Shown: in pieces, positions 1-8,137 of the stretch
Numbering within the stretch: position 1 is the stretch's first letter
Layout: each line of letters begins with the position of its first letter
Assembly: GCA_038248895.1 (NCBI GenBank)
Contig: JBBRWZ010000002.1
Location: 9,847 to 73,846 of the forward strand
Source of the DNA: Candidatus Limnocylindria bacterium
Lineage (GTDB): Bacteria > Chloroflexota > Limnocylindria > QHBO01
Direction of reading: 5' to 3'
Length of the DNA: 64,000 nt
Notes under the pieces: model-generated
What the model was told of the DNA's origin: nothing
What the model saw: only the letters and a program-made list of their open reading frames with translations
Databases searched by the model: none
Position numbers and translations under genes: made by a program

Positions 1-1944
1 CGGCTGCGAACCGAGCGGCTGCCGGCGACCTTCGACCCCCTCGAGAGCGACACGCAGTTCGCCGAGTACACCGTCAGCCGCGGCGATGCCGTCGCCGCCA
101 TGGCCCGCGCCGACCTTGTCGTGGAGGGCACGTATCGGGTCGGCCACCAGGAGCAGCTCTACATCGAGAACCAGGCGATGATCGCCGTGCCGGGGGCGAA
201 CGGCGGCGTCACCGTCCACGGCTCGCTGCAGTGCCCGTACTACATCCACAAGGCCATGAAGCGGGCGCTCGACATTGGCGACGAGCTCGCGGTCGTGGTG
301 CAGGCGGAGACCGGCGGCGGCTTCGGCGGCAAGGAGGAATACCCGAGCATCATCGCCCTCCATGCCGCCCTGCTGGCACTGAAGTGTCACAAGCCGGTCC
401 GGATGATCTACGACCGCCACGAGGACATCAGCGCCACCACCAAGCGCCATCCGGCGCAGGTCCGCTATCGGTCCGGGATCGATGCGGCGGGCAACCTGGT
501 GGCACAGGAGATCGAGGTGATCATGGACGGCGGGGCGTACTGCACGCTGACCCCGGTCGTGCTCTCGCGTGGCGTGCTGCATGCCGGCGGCCCGTATCGG
601 TGCGACGACGTGCGCATCACCGGGCGTGCCATGGCCACCAACACCCCGCCCAACGGCGCCTTCCGCGGTTTCGGCGCTCCGCAGACCGAGTTCGCGGCGG
701 AGATGCAGGTCAACCGGATTGCCGAGGCGCTGGACGTGAGCCCGCTCGACCTGCGCCGCCGCTGGGTGTACCGCGAGGGTGACACGACCCCGACGGGACA
801 GGTGCTGCATGAATCGGTGGCCGGCATCGACGTCCTCGAGGCGGCCGCCGAGGCGGCGACCTTCGACCGCTCGCTGGCGCAGACGCGCGCCATGCGCGAG
901 GCCCGGACCGATGGCGCCCGCCAGGCGTCCGGCATCGGCCTGGCGCTCGCCTGGCACGGAGCCGGCTTCACGGGCAGCGGCGAGGCCCGGATGGGGTCGG
1001 TCGCCTCCGTGGAGCTGACCGCCGAGGGCCGGATCCGAATCCTCACCGCGTCAACGGAGATGGGTCAGGGGACGAAGACGATCTTCCCGCAGCTCGTCGC
1101 CGAGGCGCTCGGCGTCGAGATCGATGCGGTCGAGCTGGCGCCGCAGGACACGTCGATTGTTCCCGACTCCGGCCCGACCGTGGCATCGCGCACCGCGATG
1201 GTCGTCGGCGGGCTCATCATCCACGCCGCCCGCAAGCTGCGCGCCCAGGTGGAGTCGTCCACCGGGCGCCCATTCCCCGACGCCTACCGCGAGGCGGGAC
1301 CGCTGCGCGTGGACGAGCGGTTCACGCCGTACCCCGGCGAGCCGTTCGACGACAAGAGATACACCGGCGACGCATACCCGGCCTTCGGGTGGGCGGCGTG
1401 CGTCGTGCGGGTCGACGTGGACCTCGACACGGGCGAGGTGGCGGTCCGCGACTGCGTCGCCGCCGATGACCTCGGCCGCGCCATCCATCCCGTTCTCGCC
1501 GAGGGCCAGGTGGAGGGCGGCACGCTCCAGGCGATCGGATACGCGACGATCGAGGAGATGAAGCTCGTCGACGGTCGCTACCTCAACGACCGGCTGGCGA
1601 CGTACCTCATCCCCACCGCCCTCGACGCCCCGCACATCCGCTCCATCCTCGTCGAGGCGCCCTACTCCGGCGCCCCGCACGGCGCCAAGGGCATCGGTGA
1701 GCTGCCGATGGACGTCGGCGCGCCCGCGGTGGTCGCCGCCATCCACGATGCGACCGGGGTCTGGATCCACGATCTGCCGGCGACGCCCGAGCGGATCCTC
1801 GCGGCCCTCACCGGGGGCGATGCCCCGCAGCCACCGGGCATCTCGATGGAAGAGCCACCGCGCGATGCCGCTCCGCTGGAGGACCTGCCGCGAGGCGGGG
1901 ACGAGATTCCGCTCCGCGCGCCGGCGCCGGAGGCTGATTCATGA
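1..1944 (+). CDS. Xanthine dehydrogenase / aldehyde oxidase family molybdopterin-binding large subunit (5' end outside window)
   Basis: Frame 1 is open from nt 1 (33 sense codons before the first ATG at 100), so the gene starts upstream of the window. The translation carries segments typical of XDH/CO-DH large subunits (GGGFGGKE, FRGFGAPQ, STEMGQGTKT, GIGELPM). Its stop overlaps the next start (ATGA, 1941-1944). Confidence 0.9.
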   Translation, partial: RLRTERLPATFDPLESDTQFAEYTVSRGDAVAAMARADLVVEGTYRVGHQEQLYIENQAMIAVPGANGGVTVHGSLQCPYYIHKAMKRALDIGDELAVVVQAETGGGFGGKEEYPSIIALHAALLALKCHKPVRMIYDRHEDISATTKRHPAQVRYRSGIDAAGNLVAQEIEVIMDGGAYCTLTPVVLSRGVLHAGGPYRCDDVRITGRAMATNTPPNGAFRGFGAPQTEFAAEMQVNRIAEALDVSPLDLRRRWVYREGDTTPTGQVLHESVAGIDVLEAAAEAATFDRSLAQTRAMREARTDGARQASGIGLALAWHGAGFTGSGEARMGSVASVELTAEGRIRILTASTEMGQGTKTIFPQLVAEALGVEIDAVELAPQDTSIVPDSGPTVASRTAMVVGGLIIHAARKLRAQVESSTGRPFPDAYREAGPLRVDERFTPYPGEPFDDKRYTGDAYPAFGWAACVVRVDVDLDTGEVAVRDCVAADDLGRAIHPVLAEGQVEGGTLQAIGYATIEEMKLVDGRYLNDRLATYLIPTALDAPHIRSILVEAPYSGAPHGAKGIGELPMDVGAPAVVAAIHDATGVWIHDLPATPERILAALTGGDAPQPPGISMEEPPRDAAPLEDLPRGGDEIPLRAPAPEADS

Positions 1945-2417
1945 GCTTCGCCTTCACCGTCAACGGCGCCCCGGTCGAGGTCGAGGCGGCGGGCAGCCGC
2001 CGCCTCCTTGACGTCCTGCGCGAGGACCTGGGCCTGACCGGGACGAAGGAGGGCTGCGGCGAGGGCGAGTGTGGCGCCTGCAGCGTGCTCCTCGATGGCG
2101 CTGTGGTTGACGCGTGCCTGGTACCGGTCAGCCAGGCGGAGGGCACGGCGCTGCGGACGGTCGAGGGCCTGGCGCCGGACGGGACGCTCGACGCGCTCCA
2201 GGCCGCGTTCCTGGAGGCCGGCGGGGCACAGTGCGGGATCTGCACCCCGGGGATGCTCATGGCCGGCACTGCATTCCTGGCCAGTGGCGTCGAGCCGACC
2301 GATGAGCACATCCGCGAGGCGATCGCCGGCAACCTCTGCCGCTGCACCGGCTACACGAAGATCATCGACGCGATCGCGCTCGCCGCGGAGCGCGGCGCCG
2401 GGCGACGCGACCCATGA
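1941..2417 (+). CDS. [2Fe-2S]-binding small subunit of the XDH/CO-DH family
   Basis: 158 aa. Cysteine clusters CGEGECGACSV, CGICTPG and CRCTGY match the two [2Fe-2S] sites of CoxS-type subunits. ATGA overlaps occur at both ends. Confidence 0.93.
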   Translation: MSFAFTVNGAPVEVEAAGSRRLLDVLREDLGLTGTKEGCGEGECGACSVLLDGAVVDACLVPVSQAEGTALRTVEGLAPDGTLDALQAAFLEAGGAQCGICTPGMLMAGTAFLASGVEPTDEHIREAIAGNLCRCTGYTKIIDAIALAAERGAGRRDP

Positions 2418-3277
2418 CCGCCATCGAGCCGCCACTCACCGCGCCCGGCTCGCTCGCCGATGCGTTCGCGCTCCTCGCCGAGGACCGCTGGCGGCCGATC
2501 GCCGGCGGGACGGACCTGATGGTCCAGCTGACCGGCGAGATCGGCCCGCCCCCCGACCGCCTGCTCGACCTCTGGGCGGTCGACGAGCTGCGGGGCATCG
2601 AGCACGACGGCTCGGCGCTCATCCTGGGCGCGTTGACCACCTACACCGATCTCCGCCGCTCACCCGTCGTCGCCGAGTTCCTGCCCGCCCTCGCCGAGGC
2701 CGCCGCCACCATCGGTGCGGCGCAGATCCAGAATCGAGGCACCATGGGGGGCAATATCGCCAACGCCTCTCCGGCAGGCGACACGCTGCCCATCTGGCTC
2801 GTCACCGACGCCGAGATCGTGGTCGCCTCGCTGCGCGGCGAGCGCTCCGTGCCGGCGGCCGAGTTCTGGCCGGCGTACCGGCGCACGGCGCTCGCCGACG
2901 ATGAGCTCGTCATCCGCGTCCGCGTCCCGCTGCCGGCGAATCGGCAGCTCCGCTTCCGCAAGGTCGGCACACGGCGTGCGCAGGCGATCAGCAAGGTCGT
3001 GATGGCGCTCGCCTGGCAGGCAACTGCAACCCAGCCGACGACGTGGACCGATGTGCGCGTGGCGCTCGGCTCGATGGCCGCCACCCCGGTGCGCGCCCTG
3101 GCCACCGAGGCCGTGCTCGCGGGCGCGACGATCGATGCGTCCATCGCCGATCAGGCCGTCGCCGCCCTCGCCGCGGAGCTGACGCCCATCGATGACGTGC
3201 GCTCCACGGCCGCCTATCGGAGCCTGGTCGCGGGGCGGGTGCTGCATCGGCTGATCAGGGACGAGGGCGGTTGGTGA
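2414..3277 (+). CDS. FAD-binding subunit of the XDH/CO-DH family (CoxM/XdhA-like)
   Basis: 287 aa. Carries FAD-binding-domain motifs of molybdopterin dehydrogenases (IAGGTDLMVQL, RNRGTMGGNIANASPAGD). Third gene of an overlapping L-S-M operon. Confidence 0.9.
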   Translation: MTAIEPPLTAPGSLADAFALLAEDRWRPIAGGTDLMVQLTGEIGPPPDRLLDLWAVDELRGIEHDGSALILGALTTYTDLRRSPVVAEFLPALAEAAATIGAAQIQNRGTMGGNIANASPAGDTLPIWLVTDAEIVVASLRGERSVPAAEFWPAYRRTALADDELVIRVRVPLPANRQLRFRKVGTRRAQAISKVVMALAWQATATQPTTWTDVRVALGSMAATPVRALATEAVLAGATIDASIADQAVAALAAELTPIDDVRSTAAYRSLVAGRVLHRLIRDEGGW

Positions 3278-3894
3278 GCCCGATCCGGCGGCCGGAGCGC
3301 GCCGAGGTGTCGGTCTTCTCGTCTCAGGCGGCCTTTATCGCGTGGATGGAGGAGCATCACGCCGCGATCCCCGAGCTCTGGGTCGGCTACTACCGCAAGG
3401 CGACCGGCAAGACATCCGTCACCTACCCCGAGGCGGTCGACGTTGGGCTCATGTTCGGCTGGATTGACGGCCTCACCTTTCGCGTCGACGACGAGGTGCA
3501 TACCAATCGCTTCACCCCGCGCCGCCGTGGGAGCACGTGGAGCACCGCCAACGTCAACCGCATGGCGGAGCTCGTGGCCGCCGGCGACGCGCGGCCGGCC
3601 GGGATCGCCGCCTTCGAGGCGCGCACCGCGGACAACACCGGCATCTACTCGTACGAGACGGCGCCGCGCGAGCTCCCCGCGGCCGAGGCAGCCAAGGTCC
3701 GCGCCAATGGTGCCGCGTGGGCGTTCTGGCAGGCGCAGACCGCCGGCTATCGGCGCGTCGCCACCCACTGGGTGCTGTCCGCCAAGCGGCCGGAGACGCG
3801 CCAGCGGCGGCTCGCAACCCTCATCGAGGACTGCGCCGCGGAACGCTGGATGAAGCAGTACGCCTATGGCCGCGCTCGCGACAAGCGTTCCTGA
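3271..3894 (+). CDS. YdeI/OmpD-associated family protein (function unknown)
   Basis: 207 aa. The N-terminal half resembles the YdeI family (FSSQAAFIAWMEEHH, ELWVGYYRK, GWIDG, TPRRRGSTWS). The start is TTG 3271 or GTG 3274; the latter forms a GTGA overlap with the upstream stop. Confidence 0.7.
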   Translation: MVSPIRRPERAEVSVFSSQAAFIAWMEEHHAAIPELWVGYYRKATGKTSVTYPEAVDVGLMFGWIDGLTFRVDDEVHTNRFTPRRRGSTWSTANVNRMAELVAAGDARPAGIAAFEARTADNTGIYSYETAPRELPAAEAAKVRANGAAWAFWQAQTAGYRRVATHWVLSAKRPETRQRRLATLIEDCAAERWMKQYAYGRARDKRS

Positions 3895-3912
3895 CCGCCC
3901 CGTGGAACGGCT

Positions 3913-4419
3913 ATGCTCCGCCGGCAAACGCCGACCACAGCGGAGAGCGCAGTGAATTGGATCCAGTTCGTGGTGCAGTGGGTGCACGTGCTGCTGGGCA
4001 TCACGTGGTTCGGCTACACCATCGCGATGTACTACCTGGTGGGCCCGGCAATCGCGGAGATGCCCGCTGACGGACAGCGGATGCTCAACGCTCGCCTGGG
4101 GGACATCGGCGAGCGCGTCTTTCCCATTGTCGGCGGGCTCGTCCTGCTGCTGGGCATCGTCCGCGGCACACTCCTCGGCCACATCCAGTCGCTGGACGCG
4201 CTGACATCCGCGTACGGCATCACGTGGGTCGTCGCGCTGGTCGCCACCATTGCGCTCTTCGTCACCGGCGCTCGGCTCATCGGTCCGGCGTTCGCGCAGA
4301 TGCGCACCGCGACTGACATCGGTGCCGCCAACGCGCGGCTGCGGTACCTCGGTCGCATCGACCTCGCGCTGTTCGGCGTCGTCTTCACCTGCATGGTGCT
4401 GATGCGCTTCGGCCTGTAG
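3913..4419 (+). CDS. Small integral membrane protein, unknown function (about 4 TM helices)
   Basis: Has GC3-rich codons and four hydrophobic segments. The first helix carries WVHVLLGITWFGY (H-x3-G-x2-W-x-G). An alternative start is GTG 3952, preceded by GGAG (3942-3945) with a 6-nt spacer. Confidence 0.6.
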   Translation: MLRRQTPTTAESAVNWIQFVVQWVHVLLGITWFGYTIAMYYLVGPAIAEMPADGQRMLNARLGDIGERVFPIVGGLVLLLGIVRGTLLGHIQSLDALTSAYGITWVVALVATIALFVTGARLIGPAFAQMRTATDIGAANARLRYLGRIDLALFGVVFTCMVLMRFGL

Positions 4420-4449
4420 CCGCGCAGCGCCACGCGGCACAATGGACGC

Positions 4450-6033
4450 ATGACCGAAACGCCTCCCGGAGTCACGCTCACCGCCCAGGCCGACCACGTC
4501 GACGAGGTGCTCACGCCGGAGGCGCTCTCCTTCGTGGCGCAGCTCCATCGGTCCTTCGCGCCCAGGCGGCGTCGCCTGCTGGAAGATCGTGCCCGGCGGC
4601 AGGCGCGCCTCGATGCCGGCGAGCTGCCCGACTTCCTGCCGAACCCCATCGAGAGCCGCGATCCGGAGTGGCGCGTCGCCGCCGCGCCAGCCGACTTCGA
4701 CGACCGCCGGGTCGAGATCACCGGTCCGGCCGAGCCGAAGATGATGATCAACGCGCTGAACTCCGGCGCATCGGTCTTCATGTGCGACTTCGAGGACGCC
4801 CTCTCCCCCACCTGGGCCAACATCGTCACCGGTCACTGGGCCGTGAGCCGTGCCGTGCGGCGCGAGCTCAGCCACGAGACCGAAGCGAAGGCCTACACGC
4901 TCAACGCCGAGATCGCGACGCTCTGCATCCGACCGCGCGGCTGGCATCTGCCGGAAGCGCATGTGCTCGTGGACGGCGAGCCGATCAGCGCCAGCATCTT
5001 CGACTTCGGCATCTGGTTCTTCCACAACGCCGCCGAGCTGCTGGCCCGCGGCAGTGGCCCGTACCTCTACCTGCCGAAGCTGGAGAGCCACCTCGAGGCA
5101 GAGCTCTGGAACGAGGTCTTCGTCGCCGCGCAGCAGGCCCTCGACGTGCCGCAGGGCTCGGTGCGCGCCACCGTGCTCATCGAGACGATCCTCGCCGCGT
5201 TCGAGATGGACGAGATCCTGTACGAGCTGCGCGACCACGCGGCGGGGTTGAACGCCGGACGCTGGGACTACATCTTCAGCATGATCAAGAAGTTCCGCGG
5301 CCGCGACGACAAGGTGCTCCCGGACCGCGCGCTGGTGACGATGAGGGTCCCCTTCATGCGCGCCTACACCGAGCTGCTTGTCCAGACCTGCCACCGTCGC
5401 GGCGCGCACGCGATCGGCGGCATGGCGGCGTTCATCCCCTCACGCCGCGACGCCGACGCGAACGAGCGCGCCCTGGCCGCGGTACGCGACGACAAGGAGC
5501 GCGAGTCGCGTGACGGCTTCGATGGCACCTGGGTCGCGCACCCGGACCTCGTGCCGCTGGCGCGCGAGGTGTTCGACCGCGTCCTCGCGGAGCGGCCGAA
5601 CCAGAAGGACCGCCTCCGGCCCGAAGTCGCGGTCACCGCGACCGAGCTGCTCGACACGCACATCCCCGGTGCTCGCGTCAGCGAGGCTGGCGTGCGGGCC
5701 AACATCTCGGTTGGGCTCGCGTATCTGGCCTCGTGGCTCAGCGGCAACGGGGCGGCCGCCATCAACAACCTGATGGAGGACGCCGCCACGGCCGAGATCA
5801 GCCGCTCCCAGCTCTGGCAGTGGCGCGTCAACCGCACGTTGCTCGACGATGGGGCGGCGTTCACGGCGGACCGATACGCAGCAGTCCGCGACGAGGAGCT
5901 CGCCACGCTCCGGTCGACCACCCCCGACGCCCCGTGGGATGCTGCCGCTGCGCTCCTCGACGATCTCGTCCTGTCCGCCGAGTTCGCCGAGTTCCTCACC
6001 CTGGGCGCGTACGAGAGCCTTCTCTCCGCCTGA
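4450..6033 (+). CDS. aceB: Malate synthase A
   Basis: 527 aa, with end-to-end resemblance to malate synthase A ([63 protein letters not shown]). Confidence 0.93.
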   Translation: MTETPPGVTLTAQADHVDEVLTPEALSFVAQLHRSFAPRRRRLLEDRARRQARLDAGELPDFLPNPIESRDPEWRVAAAPADFDDRRVEITGPAEPKMMINALNSGASVFMCDFEDALSPTWANIVTGHWAVSRAVRRELSHETEAKAYTLNAEIATLCIRPRGWHLPEAHVLVDGEPISASIFDFGIWFFHNAAELLARGSGPYLYLPKLESHLEAELWNEVFVAAQQALDVPQGSVRATVLIETILAAFEMDEILYELRDHAAGLNAGRWDYIFSMIKKFRGRDDKVLPDRALVTMRVPFMRAYTELLVQTCHRRGAHAIGGMAAFIPSRRDADANERALAAVRDDKERESRDGFDGTWVAHPDLVPLAREVFDRVLAERPNQKDRLRPEVAVTATELLDTHIPGARVSEAGVRANISVGLAYLASWLSGNGAAAINNLMEDAATAEISRSQLWQWRVNRTLLDDGAAFTADRYAAVRDEELATLRSTTPDAPWDAAAALLDDLVLSAEFAEFLTLGAYESLLSA

Positions 6034-6085
6034 CGGGGTGGCCGCCCCGTTGGCCCATGCCCGCAACGTCGCCACGCCGCCACGA

Positions 6086-6267
6086 CGTTCGATAAATCGA
6101 ACGAAATGCGCCGCTGGCGGATCGGAGGCTGGATTTGACCGATATATCGAACACGGGTGAGCGTGAGGTGCGCCGGCGCGTGGGTCTCACGCTCACGGGC
6201 GACCGATACATCGAACGAATCGAACGCGCCGGGGCCTTCGTGGGCGGATCGTTCGATATATCGGCGC
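6086..6267. promoter_or_regulatory. Nested dyad-symmetric array: four AT-rich 14-bp palindromes (consensus TTCGATATATCGAA) around an 11-bp perfect inverted repeat
   Basis: The four sites are TTCGATAAATCGAA 6088-6101, ACCGATATATCGAA 6138-6151, ACCGATACATCGAA 6202-6215 and TTCGATATATCGGC 6252-6265. The inverted repeat is GTGAGCGTGAG 6157-6167 / CTCACGCTCAC 6186-6196. All elements are symmetric about 6176/6177. The region is locally AT-rich within a GC-rich genome and lies in the 407-nt gap between aceB and the zinc-ribbon gene. Confidence 0.55.
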
Positions 6268-6440
6268 CATGCGGGCGGATCCTGTCGAAATTGACAGGCG
6301 ACGCCCGGCGATGCATGTGGTACGCTCACGCCACAACGCCCGGAAAGCCGGGCTATAGCACGCGGCACAACGACACTCCTCTCAACGGATTCGGCGAGAC
6401 AGGATCGCTGGAGCCGCTCGAGTCAAGGAGTGTTTTTCAC

Positions 6441-6785
6441 TTGTACACCTATACCGATAAGACCCTGACGTGCGTCGACTGTAACCAGGAGTTCACGTTC
6501 ACCGCGACGGACCAGCAGTTCTACGCAGACCGTCAGTTCAGCGAGCCGCGCCGGTGCGCGGCGTGCCGCGCCGCCAAGAAGGCTGCGCGTGGCGAGACCG
6601 GCGGCAGCTACAGCAGCGGCGGCGGCGGTGGGTACCGCAGCGGCGGCGGCGGGGGCGGCTACGGCGGCCAGCGCGAGATGTTCAGCGCGACGTGCGACAA
6701 CTGCGGCCGCGAGGCCCAGGTGCCGTTCCGGCCCAGCGGCTCCAAGCCGGTCTACTGCGCGGACTGCTTCGCCACGCGGCGCTAG
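6441..6785 (+). CDS. Double zinc-ribbon protein (CxxC...CxxC, Gly/Tyr/Arg-rich linker, CxxC-x17-CxxC)
   Basis: Start is TTG 6441, preceded by AAGGAG (6425-6430) with a 10-nt spacer. First module is CVDC-x24-CAAC. The linker is GGSYSSGGGGGYRSGGGGGGYGG. Second module is CDNC-x17-CADC. The tracked ORF from 6135 runs through the AT-rich palindromes and is treated as a spurious extension. Confidence 0.75.
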   Translation: MYTYTDKTLTCVDCNQEFTFTATDQQFYADRQFSEPRRCAACRAAKKAARGETGGSYSSGGGGGYRSGGGGGGYGGQREMFSATCDNCGREAQVPFRPSGSKPVYCADCFATRR

Positions 6786-6811
6786 CCTTCCCGCTTTCCG
6801 CGGAAACCGAT

Positions 6812-6845
6812 ACGAAGCCCGGCGGGTCCGCCCGCCGGGCTTCGT
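6812..6845. terminator. Bidirectional intrinsic-terminator-like hairpin between convergent genes
   Basis: Perfect 15-bp stem ACGAAGCCCGGCGGG / CCCGCCGGGCTTCGT with loop TCCG. It starts 27 nt after the zinc-ribbon stop and ends 1 nt before the stop of the minus-strand gene. On the minus strand it is followed by TATCGGTTTCC. Confidence 0.7.
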
Positions 6846-6846
6846 G

Positions 6847-7242
6847 CTATGCGTCGGCCGCCGACCCCGTCGGTTGGCGCTCTTCCCAGGGGCTCGCCCA
6901 TGGATAGCGGCGGCTCGTCGCCTCGAGGACCTGCAGTAGCTCCGCGCGTGCCGCGTCGAGTGCCGATTGAATCCGCCGCAGCTCGTCCGGATCCACGTCG
7001 CTGCGCGCCTCCTCCGCCTTGATCGCACCGGCGACGCGCCGGTAGGCCTGGATGCCGTCATTCGCCGAACGTGTGATCTGGTTCGTCGCCTCGCGCAGCA
7101 GCCGCATCCGCTCCGCCTCCACCTGCTCGGTGGCGAGCTGGCGGTCGAGCGCCTGGTTCAGCTCGTCGATGTGTGCCGTGGCGCGCTGCAGGACGCGAAG
7201 GTCCGATGTTCGACGGCCGAGGCGCGTGGTTGGAGGATTCAC
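6847..7242 (-). CDS. Hypothetical protein, predicted coiled coil
   Basis: 131 aa. The GTG start at 7242 is preceded by AGGAG (7253-7249) with a 6-nt spacer, and the gene ends at the strong hairpin. The sequence is heptad-like and rich in E/R/A/L/Q. I recognise no family. Confidence 0.6.
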   Translation of the reverse strand: MNPPTTRLGRRTSDLRVLQRATAHIDELNQALDRQLATEQVEAERMRLLREATNQITRSANDGIQAYRRVAGAIKAEEARSDVDPDELRRIQSALDAARAELLQVLEATSRRYPWASPWEERQPTGSAADA

Positions 7243-7324
7243 TCAGCTCTCCTGGGGTCGCGACAGCCGGTCGGCACGCACGACGGGGCGCGCATTATAC
7301 CCCCAATCGGGGCGCCAGGGTCGG

Positions 7325-8137
7325 CTAACCGCCTGAGGACTCGGCCGGGGCGATGTACTCCAGCCCGGTTCCCTGCTCGGGGTCGAGCCGCAGCGTCGAG
7401 CCCTCGACGCGCGCGCTGAAGCCGCCGTCGACGACGTCGGTCACCGTCCCCTCCGCGGACATCGGCGCGCCCGAGGGACACGGCGCGAGGATGACGGTCA
7501 CGCCGGTGGCGACGACGACACCGTCTTGCAGCGACCAGCTGCCGCTGAACGAGGCACATGGCGCAGCACCGCCGAACGAGCCGTCGTCGCTGAACGAGAG
7601 CGTGGCGCGATCAAAGTCGTTGGCGGACATGGCGGTGTCGCCCCGGATGACCGTCGAGAGCTGCCAGACGGTCCCGACCAGTGGCGCGTCGCCGCCCGGC
7701 GGCTGCGGTTCGAAGGCGAGGCGTACGCCATCGGCGGCGAGGATGAGCCGCGCCCCGTCGCGCACCGCACGCGTGACGGCGCCGAGCGCGGTGAGATAGT
7801 CCGTCTCGAGCGTCATCCGCGCTCGCTCGCAGGCCATCTCGGTCGATCCGAGGCCGGTGAACGCGGCGTGGTCGGCACCGATCTCCACCGAGCCGAAGTA
7901 GCCGTTGCACCCGGCGTTGCCGGTGACATCGGCGCCGTCGATCGTCAGCGTCACGGCGGACCCATCGGGGATGGTCAGCGGTTCGCCGCGCGCCGTGCCC
8001 TCGACCAGGCGCCACGTGCCGTCGATCGGTGCGCCGGACGGGAGCAGCGAACAGGCGCCGATGAAGATGAGGACCGACAGGGCGCCAGCGCGATGCATGC
8101 GGGGTGGACGCCGTCGACTTCCCGGCGGTTCCGTCAC
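7325..8137 (-). CDS. Tandem META-domain (HslJ-like) lipoprotein
   Basis: Lipobox LIFIGAC, followed by two repeats of the META pattern (W.L....G.......TL...DG...G.AGCN.Y.G). GTG 8137 forms a GTGA overlap with the upstream stop. An alternative start is ATG 8098 (MHRAGALSVLIFIGAC). Confidence 0.8.
   Translation of the reverse strand: MTEPPGSRRRPPRMHRAGALSVLIFIGACSLLPSGAPIDGTWRLVEGTARGEPLTIPDGSAVTLTIDGADVTGNAGCNGYFGSVEIGADHAAFTGLGSTEMACERARMTLETDYLTALGAVTRAVRDGARLILAADGVRLAFEPQPPGGDAPLVGTVWQLSTVIRGDTAMSANDFDRATLSFSDDGSFGGAAPCASFSGSWSLQDGVVVATGVTVILAPCPSGAPMSAEGTVTDVVDGGFSARVEGSTLRLDPEQGTGLEYIAPAESSGG

Noticed and set aside
1941-1944. The many ATGA/GTGA stop-start overlaps (for example 1941, 2414, 8134, 9516, 15786, 26597, 37708, 51676, 53511, 58204, 61610) considered as a special signal.
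   Set aside because: This is ordinary translational coupling in compact GC-rich operons. It was used only as supporting evidence for start-codon choice.
3214-5409. Long ORFs antisense to, or out of frame with, recognised genes. Examples: 3214-5409 (-), 13506-14870 (-), 17104-18870 (-), 20692-22548 (-), 33191-34978 (+), 39460-41472 (+), 54341-56086 (+), 59640-61001 (-).
   Set aside because: Their translations are Arg/Pro/Gly/Ala-rich low-complexity strings with no family resemblance. Each lies entirely within a gene that has clear homology on the other strand or frame. Long stop-free frames are expected at ~70% GC.
6086-6267. Interpreting the AT-rich palindromes as LexA/SOS boxes, parS or dif sites.
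   Set aside because: The half-sites do contain TCGAAC/GTTCGA, as in the Gram-positive SOS box. However, their orientation is everted (GTTCGA-N4-TCGAAC rather than TCGAAC-N4-GTTCGA). There is no resemblance to the parS (TGTTNCACGTGAAACA) or dif consensus as I recall them.
6291-6326. Shared promoter-like element TTGACAGGCG(A/T)CGCC...TACGCT at 6291-6326 (+) and 46601-46572 (-).
   Set aside because: A 14/15 match between two sites in 128 kb of two-strand sequence is expected many times by chance. At 6291 the -35/-10 spacing would be 24 nt, which is incompatible with a sigma-70-type promoter. Only the 46601-46572 copy (18-nt spacer) is kept, as a low-confidence promoter.
6135-6440. 5' extension of the zinc-ribbon ORF (tracked as 6135-6785).
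   Set aside because: The extension runs through the AT-rich palindrome array and lacks an SD. The internal TTG 6441 has a strong AAGGAG and begins exactly at the first zinc-ribbon module.
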